Shown here one piece after another: positions 13,284 through 26,300 of a DNA stretch of 64,000 nt. Under the pieces are notes generated by a model that saw nothing but the letters and a program-made list of their open reading frames with translations, ran no database searches and was not told the origin of the DNA. The stretch spans positions 22,010,001 to 22,074,000 of the forward strand of contig NC_082731.1 in the NCBI RefSeq assembly GCF_030144855.1, given 5' to 3'. A program made the position numbers and the translations under genes. How positions within the stretch are numbered: position 1 is the first letter of the stretch; every line of letters begins with the position of its first letter. The DNA is from Hypanus sabinus. Taxonomy: Eukaryota.

Positions 13284-13704
13284 TGTAATGCCCCCCGCCA
13301 CGCCGCTACTTTAAAGGCGAGCAAATAATTACAAATTTATATTTATTTCTTCATGAAGAGTTAGTATAAATAGATAAACTAAAGGCGCCAAATCAATAAG
13401 TTTATCAGTTTGTGCACAAAACATTTTAATACGTTGGAGCACAGTCCTCAGTTTCCATCCACCTTCCGAGCCTTCAGCCACCATCCAAATCACTGACATC
13501 CAGTATCGCCTCCCTGGAACCGCTGCCTACTCCTCACACGTCCGTCCTCCTCGGTCGCCTCCCGAAAAAATCCGCGATCTCCAGCTCAGCTCATACATAC
13601 AAGATAGCATAACAATTCTCGATTGGTTACTTTTCCCCTTACCTGCGATTACAACCCAAACATTCCAACTACAGAAACCCAGTACAGCAGTAATTGGCAT
13701 TACA
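13284..13704 (-). mobile_element. Solo LTR (Gypsy-like), 421 bp
   Basis: TG...CA ends with a perfect 9-bp terminal inverted repeat TGTAATGCC/GGCATTACA. Flanks AAGA/GAGA give a 3-of-4 TSD. Homologous in reverse orientation to 22377 and 42738. Confidence 0.6.
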
Positions 13705-14074
13705 GAGAAGTCATTTTGTTAGACTGAACAGTTACCACCCCAGTTAATGGTACTGAGAGCCCTATACTGGCTATATAGCGTGAATCTTCAATGATGGACT
13801 GCTGGATATTTCCCACATTAATTGGACCTGCGACGTGAAAGTGCTTATATTGCAGGCTCTTCTCCAGACAACCTCCTAAATGTGTTCAGCGGAGTGTGTT
13901 GCTGTAATTTGTATCGTGGTAGTTAACAGAGTTATTCCACTGTATGTCTATACTTCGCTGATTACAAATTGCGTATTTTGTTGGACTCAATGATTCATTA
14001 CATATAACATTCAAAGGATTGTTGGAGTCAGCCGATCTATTGTTTGCGGTTGGTATTCGGGCACTTTCAACTGT

Positions 14075-14745
14075 CAAAAACAAGAGAAAACCTGCAGCAG
14101 ACGGAAATCCAGTAACAGACACAATACCGGAGGGACCTAGCACCAGGCAGAGTCCATGGAAAGATACAGGATATATTCGACGTATGGGGCAGAGACGTTT
14201 AGGCAGGGCTGGTAAAAGAAAGGATGAGAAGTACTTTCAAAAAGTTGGAAGAGGAGATAAAAATACAATTTGATGATTAAAATCCGGAGGAGGAAGGATG
14301 AATAAAAGAGGAAATAAGCTGAATAGTAGAAGAAATATTTGAGAAGGGGAATTTAATAGGGGAGAACAGAAGGCCATGGAAGAAAGAAAAGTGTGGAGGC
14401 TTCCCAGAGGGAGACAGTCGGCAGGTAAAGGAGACAGGAAAAGGGGGTGATGAATGGCGAAGGAGATGGGGGTACATAATCAGAAATTTGAGAAATCGGC
14501 GTTCATTCCATCCATTTGGTGTCCAGCAACATGGAATAGAAGGTGTTCCTTCTCCGACCTGACAGTAAAGGATGCCATGATTAACATTTTGCAATGAGAA
14601 TGGAAAGTAATATTAAAATATGTGGCCGATGGGAGATCCCACTTATCTTAGCGGATGAATAATATGCGCACGGCGAAGTGACATCCCAGTCTACATCGTG
14701 TCTCGCCGATATGAAGGAGGTCACATCAACAGCACCAGACACATC
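14075..14745 (-). mobile_element. Penelope-like element 3' part (GIY-YIG remnant plus tail)
   Basis: Reverse strand reads as a degenerate C..CDLLHIGETRCRLG GIY-YIG segment near 14700. The tail matches the same family at 59677-60245 and 46299. Confidence 0.65.
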
Positions 14746-14879
14746 CCAACAGAAACACTAGCCTAGTGTCGCCGCAACTGATGTGCCGTTTAGACTGCTG
14801 AACGTTAGTGACGGAGATAGTTAGGGGACGGTAAGAGGAACTACAGGTGTACCTACCACATACATCTCCTCCAACACTG

Positions 14880-16642
14880 CGATTCAGGGTCCCAAACAGT
14901 CCTTCCAAGTGTAGCAACACTTCAGCTGATGAGTGTGTTTGGTTCATATTCTGTGCGCGGTGCTCCCTGTCTGATCTTCTGTATATCGATACCACGTAAC
15001 AGAGATTGTGAGACTACTTTGCTGATCAGCTATGCTCCCTACGCCAGCAGAGGCAGCATCTCTTAGTGGTCACCCATTTATATCCTAATTGCATCCTCAG
15101 TCCAATATGTCAATCCATCTCCTCTTCGACTGTCGCGATGAAGCTACACTCAGGTTGGAACAACAACAATTTATATTTCTCTTGGGTAGCCTTAAAATTT
15201 AAGGCATGTTCGTGTATTTCTCGAACTTCGGGTAATTCTCCAGAACCTACTCAATCACTATTTCTCACTGCTTTACCCCTTTTCTCATCTTATCTGATTG
15301 ACTGTTAATGTCTACTTCTGATGCGTCTCGCTCGTCCCTTTTTCTTTCTACACTGACCTTCTGGATTTTCCATTCATCAGCCCTGCTTCTCTTTTACTAA
15401 TCAGCTTTCCAGTATCTCACTTCATCCTTCCCGCCTGCCGGTTTCATCTATCCCCCTTTCCACTTTTTCACAATTTTTTTCCCGTCCAGTGCTGAGGAAA
15501 TGTCTATGTGTTCAGTCCAATGTTGTCCACTCCGCTGAACCAAGACTGTACAGCAACACACAGCTCAAATCGCATCATCATGTTTGCCGATGACGTGAGA
15601 GTACCGGGTCTCATCAGTAAGAAACACGAGTCAGCATACAGTCAAGAGGTGCAGCGACTAACGGACTGGTGCAGTGCCAACAGCCTGTCTGTCGATGTGA
15701 ACAAAACAAAAAAACGATGCATTGTTGACTTCAGGAGGGAACGGAACGACCAGTCCCCGTTGAATATCAAAGGCTCCACCGCAGAGATCGTTACGAGCTT
15801 CAAATATCTTGCTGTTCACTCGGCGAAAAGTCGCACCTGAGCTCTCAAGATGAGCTCCACTGCAAAAAAAAAACAAAACAAAAAAAAAAAAAACAGCAGA
15901 ATCTCTCTTTTCTGCAAAAGCTAAGAAATGCCCATCTTCCACCCCCTCTTCCTGACCCCAGAGGTTGTATTGAGAGCATCCTGAGCAGCTGCATCACTGC
16001 CAGATTCTGCACTTGCAGCGTCTCGGATTTCAAGACCCTCCTGCGGATTGTGATGTCAGCTGCGAAGGTAAACGGTGTCTCTCTTCCCGCTATTACAGAC
16101 ATTTACGCCACATGCAGCATCAGCAAAAAAAAACAGCATTATGAATGACCACACGCACCCCTCAGGCAAACTCTTCTACCTCCTACCAACTGTCAAAAGG
16201 CATCAAAGCAGTCAAGCTCTCAGGATCAGAACGTGTCACATATTCTTCCCCCAAACTTCAATATTCTCAATTCGCAGAGCCTAGACTGACACTAATCAAC
16301 TGTCACCTACTGTGCCTTTCATTTGATTGTAATCCCTATTATTTATTGTACTGCCTGCACGGTTTTTGTGCACTTGATGCAGTCCTATGTTGGTCTGTAA
16401 TCTAGTGTAGTTTTCGTGTTGCTTTACGTACATTCAGCGTAGCTTTTTTATTCTTACTTGTAGCACCCTGGTCCTCAGAAATATTGTCTCATTTTTCCTG
16501 GATACTATACCAGCAATTATGGTACAAATGACAATAATAATTGACTTGAATTGACGCCGACAGTAGATTTTCTTTTCCGTAGTTCCTCGAGCATTTTCTG
16601 CAAGTTGCTTTAAATTTGTTGCAGTCTGCAGCAAAGTCTTGC
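14880..16642 (+). mobile_element. Penelope-like element 3' part, interrupted by a nested Rex1 copy
   Basis: TCCTTCCAAGTGTAGCAACACTTC...CGGTGCTCCCTG...TATATCG is a degenerate FQV.QHF...RC..C.LLYIGET. The tail resumes after the Rex1 insert at about 16556 (AGTTCCTCGAGCATTTT...TCTGCAG). Confidence 0.6.
15525..16555 (+). mobile_element. Rex1/Babar-like LINE 3' portion nested in the Penelope tail
   Basis: IIMFADD, RLTDWCSANSLSVDVNKTK, VDFRR and FKYL motifs. The 3' UTR and TTGACTTGAATTGAC tail match the other Rex1 copies. Confidence 0.85.
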
Positions 16643-17179
16643 CAAGGCAAATAATTGAATAGTAGAAAAACAGTAAGAGTGTCAAAATCATGACGTAGTC
16701 TTAATAAATATCATAATCTCCGAGACACTGATGTATAAATCGTTTAATGGAAACAATCAAATCATATTAAAAACTATTAAGAACATGATACACACAGAGA
16801 GGAAGCGTTAACCAGCACAAATATTGACCCTCTGCATAACTCCTGGTTATCGAAATACAGAACGGCCTCGATTTGTCGACTTGCCTATGTTTGCTTCACA
16901 TATCTACAAAATTGTTTTGTTAATGGGAGATGTTTGGATGCCATTCAAGCATCGCAAGTGTAGAAATCATTAGCATCCTACAGAAAGTTGTTCCATATAA
17001 ACATACACTGAAGATCCCCATACATATCGTGAATAATAAGGCAGCACATATGTGAACTATTTCAGATATTATTAAGAAGTGTTCATAATTTTTCTCCATG
17101 AAAAGGAACAAAGTCTATTTATTCTGCACGCCTTTACCTCCATAAAAATATTTTACCCTGCCGCTTTCATTTTAGGCAG

Positions 17180-18520
17180 CGGTTTAATTATAAATGTGCT
17201 GTATGAAAATTCAGGTGTCTTTATGAAATGCAGCAACATAGTGCAGGTTTTGGGACATTTGGAGATGAGGACAGATAAAATGGAGGTTAGCCACTGAAGC
17301 TGAAAAGGCTATTATACGTTGAGCGGAGACGGAAATATCTCCTGCATCCTTCGGACTGATTCCATAGATTGCCCTAAGTGAATTCGCTCGTAGGTTTACG
17401 ATAGGTTTATCCAAACCTATGACTTTGGATAAAGTTCTAAAAACATCTCTCCAAAAATCATTTAACTTTATACAAGACCAAAGCATATGAGTTAAGGTAA
17501 CCACCTCAGCATTGCATCTGTTACAGGTAGGAGTTAGATTAGAAAGAAAATATGTGCTGGTTTATCTTTTAACAAATGTGCCCTGTGCACTACCTTGAAC
17601 TGAAGAAAGGAGTGACGGGCGCAGATGGACGAACTGTTAACTAAATGATACATTTTATTCCATTGATCATCTGAAAGTGACTCCCGAAGTTGCAATTCTC
17701 AAGCACGCTTAACCTTATCATTAGGCATCATTGGTAAATTCATGAACCTATCAATCCTTTTTGAGATAGTTTAAGTTGAAAAATAACATCTATCATATTT
17801 GGTAAATGAGCAAATGGATAGATCAGTAATGAATCTCGTAGAAATTTCCTAACTTGTAAATATCTAAATATTGCGTTAGGTATACTTATCCACGAGCTGT
17901 GAAAAATATACTAAACAAATTTCTAAAAACAAATCTGTAAAACATTTTATCGTTTTTTCATATTAAAAAGGCCTTATCCAGTAATGATGGTTTTAAAAAA
18001 AACGTTAAGATGGATATTTCCAGAGAGAGCAAAGTTATTCAAATCAAAATATCTGCGAATCTGAAACCGAAATTTTAATGTATGTCTAAAATTGGAACTA
18101 AAATCGTGTCTACCAATCCTCGAAAACAAAAAAGGAAGAAGATCTACCAGTAAGGAAGCCCAGGAAAACTTTTACCGAGCTCTCCTCCAAGTCTAACCAT
18201 CTATTTTGATTTACTTTAAGTTTACTTTTGTTATTTGCTTTCTCGTCTTTTTTTTTTGTTAATCTCTGTTGGCCCTTTAAAAATACATTCCGAACCCCAG
18301 ATTTGCAGCTATTCTTCACAATATTATACACCAATTCTCTTATTCTTGGTATTCCTTTCCCTTTGGTTAGCGAGAGATGGATCCCTTTCTTTTGTTGAAT
18401 CCTTAATTCTCCTCAAGATACGTACCTTTGTTGATAACTGTAAAATATTTCTTGAAATGTCTGTTGCTGTTCAGCTATCATTATCCTTTTAATCCAGATT
18501 TCCACTGCACCTAACCCATG
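17180..18520 (-). mobile_element. Degenerate L1/Tx1-clade LINE ORF2 fragments
   Basis: LTHMLWSCIKLNDFWRDVFRTLSKVIG resembles the C-terminal Cys/His region of fish L1/Tx1 ORF2. A Lys/Glu-rich linker-like sequence lies upstream. Confidence 0.55.
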
Positions 18521-18729
18521 TTTTCCTTTGTGCCTTTCTAATTGCCGTTACTTAATATTAAGGCTTTGCTCTCTTGGGCTGATGTGAGAGTTGTGCTTTT
18601 TGAGAACAAGGAATCTTCGGTTTATTCTTCACTGAACATCACAGAATTGTACTATCAAGTTATTACCAGAAAAATGTACATATTTATGGAGCCACCATTC
18701 TCCATTTCCTACAAGGTTTGCGCCCTTCT

Positions 18730-18885
18730 TGATTCCCTTGTCCATTTATTCCCCCCCCCCACTGATCTCCCTCCCGAAACGTATCCCTGCAAGTGACAGA
18801 AATCTGCACCTGCCCGTTCAACTACATTTCGGGCGCCAAATAATCCTTCCAGGTGAGGTAACTCTTCACCTGCAAGTCTATCCTG
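18730..18885 (+). mobile_element. Penelope-like GIY-YIG fragment
   Basis: ATCCCTGCAAG...TCCTTCCAGGTGAGGTAACTCTTCACCTGCAAGTC is the same motif as at 14890-14930. Confidence 0.55.
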
Positions 18886-20803
18886 TTTATCTACACCGTA
18901 AATTCAAACATTAATATAACGAATATTAATTACCCAATAGTAAAATCTACAGTTTGGTAACGAAATCCAATCCTCCAACTGTGTTTTGGTAATTGAAATA
19001 AAGATTTATTCATACTAGAAGTCTTATTATTCCAGATATATGACAGTATCTATCCTTATTCGCAGAAAAGCAAATCATCAGAAGGAATTCGTCTCTTACA
19101 GCTGTTACCATCAGCATTCGCAGTACATAATTACTGTCTGGTAGCTGCATGCATCTGAGCAGAGCGTTTCAGTGACATAATCTCCATGATTAGGATCTGA
19201 AAGAGAGATACATATTTAATTTATGATAATATTGGACCACATTGTTTCCTGAATACTAGCCTGAGGATATTATAGGAAAGTATAGGAAGTGTGCATGGAA
19301 TACTTTACTGTGACATTTGCTCCATATCGATTCCAGTTGACAAGGCTTCGCATTTTGTCTCAGTTAATGTGTCGTCCTACTTTTTCCGCAACCAACTACT
19401 GTCACGGTTCAGAATGTTCTCGGTACCACTGTTGATACTGACGGTGACGTGACGAATATCGATTGAGGTGAATACCACCAAACGGAAATTCTCTCACGAT
19501 CCAATATTTTATTCAAACCCTACAACTCATCCAGAACCCAAAGTGGAACAGTCATTGTGAAATATAGAGGAGCGCCTCCGTTTATTGAACTAAGTGGACA
19601 GGAAACTCGGGCCAAAAGCAACGATATCTCTATAAATTCACTGCAGTCAGGATAATTTAAAGTGAATTAAAGTGCAATTGTGATCTGATCAGTGGCAGAA
19701 ACAAAACTAATTAAAAACACCATGGGTGTAATCTGCAAAATCAAAGTCAAAAATGCAAGTAGAGATGAGCACATGATTCTTTTTCGACCAATGTTCAAGA
19801 AATAATTGCAATCCAAAATTGTTATACACCAACAATGCAAAACAATATACCGGCACAACAGTCATAGTTGACTCTCCGCTCTGCACAAAGAGCCGAGTAA
19901 TTTGATCGTGATCTCTCACAAAGTTTCCATCATTCATCTGCTCGCATTCATCTGCTCGCATTCATCATGTTACTCTTATAGGGAAAACGTATGTATGCTT
20001 CTCTCTCGTTCCCAACACATTTCCGTTTCTCAGTACTGCTGATTTTTATTTTTGTTCATTATTCAGAGAATATTTCAGCCGAGCTATTAACTCCGACATA
20101 CACTCATCCCACCTCCATAATTATATAGCTTGCGTCTTGAAAGAGAAATGAAACCCCTGAAAAATAAGCAGTAATGCAGGCTCTCAATGAAGTGAACCAA
20201 CAGCACCAGAGACAACGATGCAATAAAGGGGAGGGTGCGACAAAGCAAACATGTCGGTCGGAATCTGAAATAGCAGAATTGACCAATGGGAAGTAAACAA
20301 TGAAACAATGCTGAACCTTGTCAAATATAACTATCACAGTTACTTCAATCGAAATCTATAGAAGGAATAGCTTCGAGCGTTAACTGAGGAAGATGTAATG
20401 TACCCTCGGCATATCCGCAAAATGAATTTTCGGGAAAAAGTGGCACGTGAGCGAAGAAGTAATATATGGTGAAAATGATACAAAATCAGAAAGGGACCAC
20501 GACATCTGGAGGAAAACTAAAAGAAAGTTCATCACGTTAGATCTTAAATTTTGTGCATAATTAACCTTCTAATATACTGAAGCTCATTACTTTCTGCGGC
20601 ATAGGCAGCTGGCAGCAGCCCGGAAGGATTTTCCACCCTGAACTCACCATTCAGGGAACCCATTTTCCTCGTATCCGTGTTCCTCTTGGAGCTCAGCTTT
20701 ACTTTCTTTTTTTCATCTGGCCTCTGCAGTTCTAGTCTCATGCCTACCGCATCGGACTGTCAATGGCCAAATTGTTTCATTCCCTCTATCGCTATCCCAC
20801 TTT

Positions 20804-21408
20804 TGTGTAACACTTACCCAACAGACTGGTATATGTCTAGGGAAAAAAAAAGATCCAGCCACTCACCAACCCTACAACCCGTAGACGCAGGTGCTGTGAT
20901 GATCAAGTTTATGCCCCGCGCACACACACCAATTGAAACTCACAGCAGATACCGTTATTGAGTACACTTTAAAGATTTTACTAAAACTAAAAGAGTACTA
21001 TGTATTACAATATATATGAAGGAAAAGAAAATAACGTAAAAGGCGCCAACTTATCAAAGTTCAGTCAGTTTACTGCACATCGTTGGAGCTCAACCATCGA
21101 ACCATTCGAGCACTCGTCACTTTCCTCCGATCTCCACGTCCTTGCAGCTGGGACCACCCTAATAGTCAATCGAGCACTGCAGCGCAAGTCCACCTTCCTC
21201 GGCGTCTTCTTCCTGACTCCCCTGAAAAGACCGCGAAAACCCCAAAGCTCCCAGGCTCACAAGACAAAATAACATTCCCCATTGGTCAACAAATGAATAC
21301 AATCCCGATATCAGCAAGTCTAATGCTAACCAACTTCGAGAGAAAGCACTTATCATACAAGGAAACATTCCTACTCTTAACAAAACAAAGAAGCCATTTT
21401 GGTTAACA
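20804..21408 (-). mobile_element. LTR-like element (copy A)
   Basis: TG...CA ends. Shares AAAGGCGCCAA...AGTTT..TGCAC...CGTTGGAGC with the 13284 solo LTR. No TSD seen. Confidence 0.4.
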
Positions 21409-22376
21409 TACACAGTACATAGTACATTTGGTATGCACATCTTATTCTCCTCACGTAATGCTGGCTTTGATGTATTGACAGCTCCAAGATCAGTTAATGA
21501 TGGGAGACTGCTCTTGATTGCTGGGGAATATACCTATACTATACAGTGGATTGCGAATTACGTACAGCTGAGTGCCGGATGTGCTGTGAGATAACCGCAG
21601 TCGTGAACGTAGCAATATTGTAAGATATGTGACACCTGTAGCAATAATTGACATAAACTGTGTAAATTTCATGGCCAACTAACTTGGAAAGTATAAGCTT
21701 CAGCTAACTTTCATGTCACCATACAAACCAACATATCCTCCCACTTTGCAAGGCCAGTGGATTCCAAATGATACCATTAGTGTGCAAGAGAGATTCTGCA
21801 GATTCTGAAAATCCAAGCAAGATGCTGTGTCATTATGCTGGAGTTGAAGTCTGTACCTCTATACTTCGTTGTCTGTCCAATACTTGATGAACAGGCAACA
21901 AAGCACAACGCCATTGCTTGTACCATAGCTGCGAACAGATCTACGAAATAACTGATATATGTTATTATACTAGACATTCAGAGGTAATACTCCAGTGCAG
22001 AAGGTGTTTCAGTCTTCCTGAACTCCAAGAAGTATTTCAGAAATTCCCTAATCCAGGCTTGTGGAAAACCATACGATTGGAGTTCATCACATCGTTGGAA
22101 TAATACTGATTTTACTAACGCTCTTCCGAGTTCTTTCCAGCAAATTTGAACATCGAATAAATATTTATTGCTCAGGTTTTGGTTGCAAAACGAATCGTCC
22201 TTCACTTTTTTAATGAAACTTGCAAGGAACAGTATTTTTCATTTGAAGACACAGCTTTGCCGAACGCATCATTTGTAGAACAAAGTCTGCTGGTTTATGT
22301 AAGAGCTTCTCTTTTATATTAACTGCTAAGGCTAATAAAATGGGTTATCTCTAGTTTTATAAGGAACTGTGTTCTG

Positions 22377-22840
22377 TGTAATGTTAACTGCAGAGGGAAT
22401 GGGTTTTCTGTAGCAGCATGTTTGGGTTATAGGTAAAGATAATGGGACTTTGTTATTCAATGCTAAACAATGGAAGACATGTTATTCTTTCTTGTCTGGG
22501 TGGAAGCTGTTAGTTTTCGCGGGCTTCGAGGCGAAAGCGCAAGGAGAATGAAGTGAGATTACGCGACTTGAGGAGTCGTTGGGTTGCCCGACCATCTGTG
22601 CACTGGGTCGGAGCCCAGAGGACGCCGACGATCGAAGTGGGATCAGTGAAGGACAATCCGTGAGCTTGAACGGTTTGTGCACTGGACTGTTTAGTAAGAT
22701 TATTGGCTGTTTTTATTTAATATTTTATTTCTCTATTGGTCTCATAGTCAAAGCAGGATTTATAAAATCTTACTTTTCTACTTGCCTATTTTGTAACCTT
22801 TGTTATTTCGGGGAAGTGATCTCACACAGGGGACACATCA
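22377..22840 (+). mobile_element. Solo LTR-like element (copy A)
   Basis: Starts TGTAATG...TGGGTTTTCTGTAG...ATGTTTGGGTT, matching the reverse complement of the 13284-13704 LTR. Confidence 0.5.
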
Positions 22841-23359
22841 TGCAGCATCCACCCAAACCAGTGTTTTAACGTTGGACCGGGAAGAAGGATCTTCATCCCC
22901 AAGATCATGCCGCTAGGCAAAGTGAGTATTATATTTAGAAATGTGTCTGACTACGCGAGAGATATGGGAACCACACTGATGTGAGCAAGAAACTCAGAAA
23001 AATGTGTCAACCATTTGGCCACAGTATGTTCTGGTTTACTTGCAATATACGTGCGTAAAGAGAGTCATCTATGTTAGCAGTAATTTGAGATGCGTGTAAA
23101 CCTTGAGTCCATAAATTTCGAAAGGGTATGCATGAGTCGGATTATCTGATGGGAGACCGCACTCCATGAAATGAAAATCATTTCAATTAATAGCAAAATA
23201 GTATAAGAATTATAAAGCATTTAGAGCTGATAGAAATGGCCAGAAACAGGCAGAAATAAGAACAACGTTTCCTCCCTCAGCATTATTCTTTTTTTTTTCC
23301 GACAGCTACTGATTCGGCTGCATCTCTGATATGCTCCTTCATATCGTTTGGAATTCAAA

Positions 23360-24520
23360 TACAAACGGTCTGGGAGAAGAAAAAGCATGTTGTGGTAATA
23401 GGGGATTCGTCAGCTAGTGTTCAAAACAGGGGATTTGGTGGGCGAAAACGAGATTCCCGGATGCTCTGCTGGCTGGCGGGTGTCAGGGTCCAGGATATTC
23501 TCCGATCACGTCCTCAGCATTATCAATTGGGAAAGTGAAAAACCTGAATCCATGAACCATTTATGTACCAACGACATGGGTAGTACAAGTGTTGGGTTTC
23601 AGTACAGGGAGTTCGGGAATTTATGTGCTGAATTAAAGGACAGTACCTCCAAGGTTGTTTTCTTAGGACTGCTGTCCGTACTGAGTGCTACCTAGTATAG
23701 AACTATCAAAATTATGCAGTTTAATATGTAACAATGAATTGGTGTTGGAGCGTAATACATTTCTTTCATCGGCCATTTTTCAAGGGATGGAGGAATTCTG
23801 CACCTGTACTGTTGGAGAATGAATGTCCTATCAGAGAAAAAAAAATTGTAACTGCTGCACTGTGCGTTTTAAACTGGTGTTGCATTGTGATATGAACCAC
23901 AGTGCCAGTATAGTTCGGATACAGTGTGTCGGCAGATCAAAATAAGACTGGAAAATAAATTAGGAATCATAAATATGAGCATGGTGTTAGACAGTCGAAA
24001 GGTTGACCAAAGGAATGAAGATGCTGTTTCTCAATGTGTGCAGAATATCAAGTAAGCATTGTGAAATTGCAGTACAGTGACAAAATGACAGTCAAGATGC
24101 AGTGGCCATTTCGGGACGATGGCTGAAATACAGGTTGGAGCATTATGCAAGGCTACAGATTTTTTCGAAACGATAGGTAGGGATGCAGATGGAGCGGCTT
24201 TGCTGTGTACGTAAAAATAGAATCAAATTGTTGGAATCATTACGTTTACAAGAAGCACGTTGACAGCAAATTACAACGGCCTTTGAAAAACGGATGCCAA
24301 GAGGGCAAAGTTACAATAGCAATGTGGGAATTTAATATTCAGTTTGATTAGGAAAATCAGCTGGTAGTGGATTACAGGAGGGTGTGTTTCTAATCAGGAC
24401 GCGATGGATTTTCAGAACAGTTCGTGGTTGATTCCTCTATAGTATCAGCTCTTCTGGATTGGCGTTATACAAGAAATCAAAATTGATCGGCCAGTAGAAT
24501 TAGGAGCATAATTTGGTTAT
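23360..24520 (+). mobile_element. Degenerate CR1: ORF1 esterase-like domain and start of ORF2 (copy A only)
   Basis: VVVIGDS...RDSRML...CTNDMG, as in the SGNH-like CR1 ORF1, followed by endonuclease-like remnants. Confidence 0.7.
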
Positions 24521-24539
24521 TTTGTCAATCATGAATGAT

Positions 24540-26300
24540 ATTATTTTCCCTTCCCCACTTTTCAACTTTCTCCCTGTAACCTTTGCAGCCGTGTTCAACC
24601 AGCAAAGCACGAAGCTGTACCTCAAATACATCCAACGACCTGCCATTCAAAGCTGGTTGTATAAATAAATTCCACACATTCACCGCCCAGTTCTGGAGGC
24701 AATTCTCCGCCTCTCTGTTTTAAATTGACACCCCTCTCTCCTGAGGCCCTGTCTGCTTGTCCTAGACGTCCCAAACTTGGGAAACACGCTTTTCCTCATC
24801 TACACTCTCTAAGCGATTCAACATTCGAAACAATCCAATGAGATCACTCGTCCATCTAAATTGCTGCGAGTACAAACCCAGAGAAAACCTACGTCCCTGT
24901 ATATTTCATTCCCGGAATCCTCTTTGTGAACCTGTTCTGAAACCTCTCCAATAGCAACACATCGCTTCTGAGTTGACGACACCAACACTGTTCACAATAT
25001 TTAAGTAGAGCTCACATCCCTCCTCGTTTGTTCCAGACATCTTGAAATGAATGCAAACGTTGTATTTGGTTTCCTCAACAGCGACTACTTCTGCAAGGTA
25101 GCCATTATTTTGTTCTGCACAAGGAAACCTAAATCAATTGACACCTCAGATTTTTGGATTTTCTTTCATTTTAGAAAATATTCTGCATATTTACTTCTAT
25201 TACAAAATACGTGAATTCAGCATGTTCCGTTGTTGTATTTCTTTTGCCACACCCTTGCTCATTTTCGTATTTTTTTTTTCCGTGCCCACCGGCATACTAC
25301 CCGTTTCCACAACTCTACCGACCAGTCAACCATCTGCAAACTTGGAAGCAAACAAATCTATTCCATCACACAAATCATTGATATACAGCATTAAAAAAAA
25401 AACAGTCAATCCGCTAACTACGCCAGTAACCTTCCTGTAACATCGGGGGCTCTAAACCTGGCAAGCATCCACACTTGTGTCATCTTGTAGAATGTTTTCT
25501 GGAAGTAGAAAAATACAATGTCCACTGCATCCTGTTTATCAATCATGCGTATCATCTCCTTGCCGAATTCCACCAACCTCTGCAGGCAAGACTTTTCCTT
25601 AATGAAACAGGCTGTCTTTTCCTTTTTTGCACTCTGTCTTCAAGTAATCCTTATCATTATATAAAAAAAATTCCAACCATTAGTTTCAGGCTAAATGAAC
25701 TATAATTTCCTTTCCGCAGACTTTCTCCTTTCTTAACGTGTGGAGTGATATTTGCAATTTTCCAGTACTCTGACACCATGCCAGTGTCCAATATTTTTTT
25801 AAAATATCATTACAAATGCCTCCACCATCTCGACCGCTACCTCTGGTGCAAAAAGCGAATATAATTATCTGCCATCTCTTTCGACGCGTTATTATTTTCC
25901 TCGGTCTCATTTTCTAGCGATCCTATATCCACACTCACCACGGTTCTATGATTTCTATTGTTTCAGTCATTTACAATCCACGTTCATAGTGCCTGGAAGC
26001 TAGATTTCATATTTCAGCTTTTCGCTTCTAATGATTTTAGGTTGCTCTCATAAAGATATAAAAATGTCCTTATCCTCTATCTTCCCGCTAATAGTTACTT
26101 TGTTTTTTGTCATTCGCTTTGTTTCTACATTAGGTTTGACTTCATATTACATACAATCTCCCGAGACTTTTGCTCCCTGCCAGCATCTTCTCACAATTTC
26201 CTTTGACCAACTCCTTTCTTATAGTACTGAAATTTCCTTCACTCCACTGAAATGTTGCTATGTCAAGCTTTCTTGTCAAGGTCAAAAAAGCTAAAGAGAG
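24540..26300 (-). mobile_element. Degenerate CR1 ORF2 and 3' end
   Basis: Reverse-strand CR1 3' region at about 24.6-25.0 kb and RT/linker remnants beyond. The part from 25313 onward is shared with 43130-44480. Confidence 0.65.

Noticed and set aside
16643-16691. Leader-like 49-nt exon (MILTLLLFFYYSIICL-G), possibly paired with V-like sequence below 14070
   Set aside because: The donor is GC and coincides with the Penelope tail end; the apparent acceptor tract at 14071-14090 is itself TE tail; the downstream V-like spacing is wrong and there is no RSS.
19381-19460. Minus-strand HRQYQQWYRE, resembling WYRQ
   Set aside because: No upstream Cys, in-frame stops, and no YYC or RSS.
21490-21672. 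60-aa ORF open in both copies (paralog 41855-42037)
   Set aside because: 17 of 60 residues differ, mostly by nonsynonymous changes; retention is explained by the duplication, not selection.
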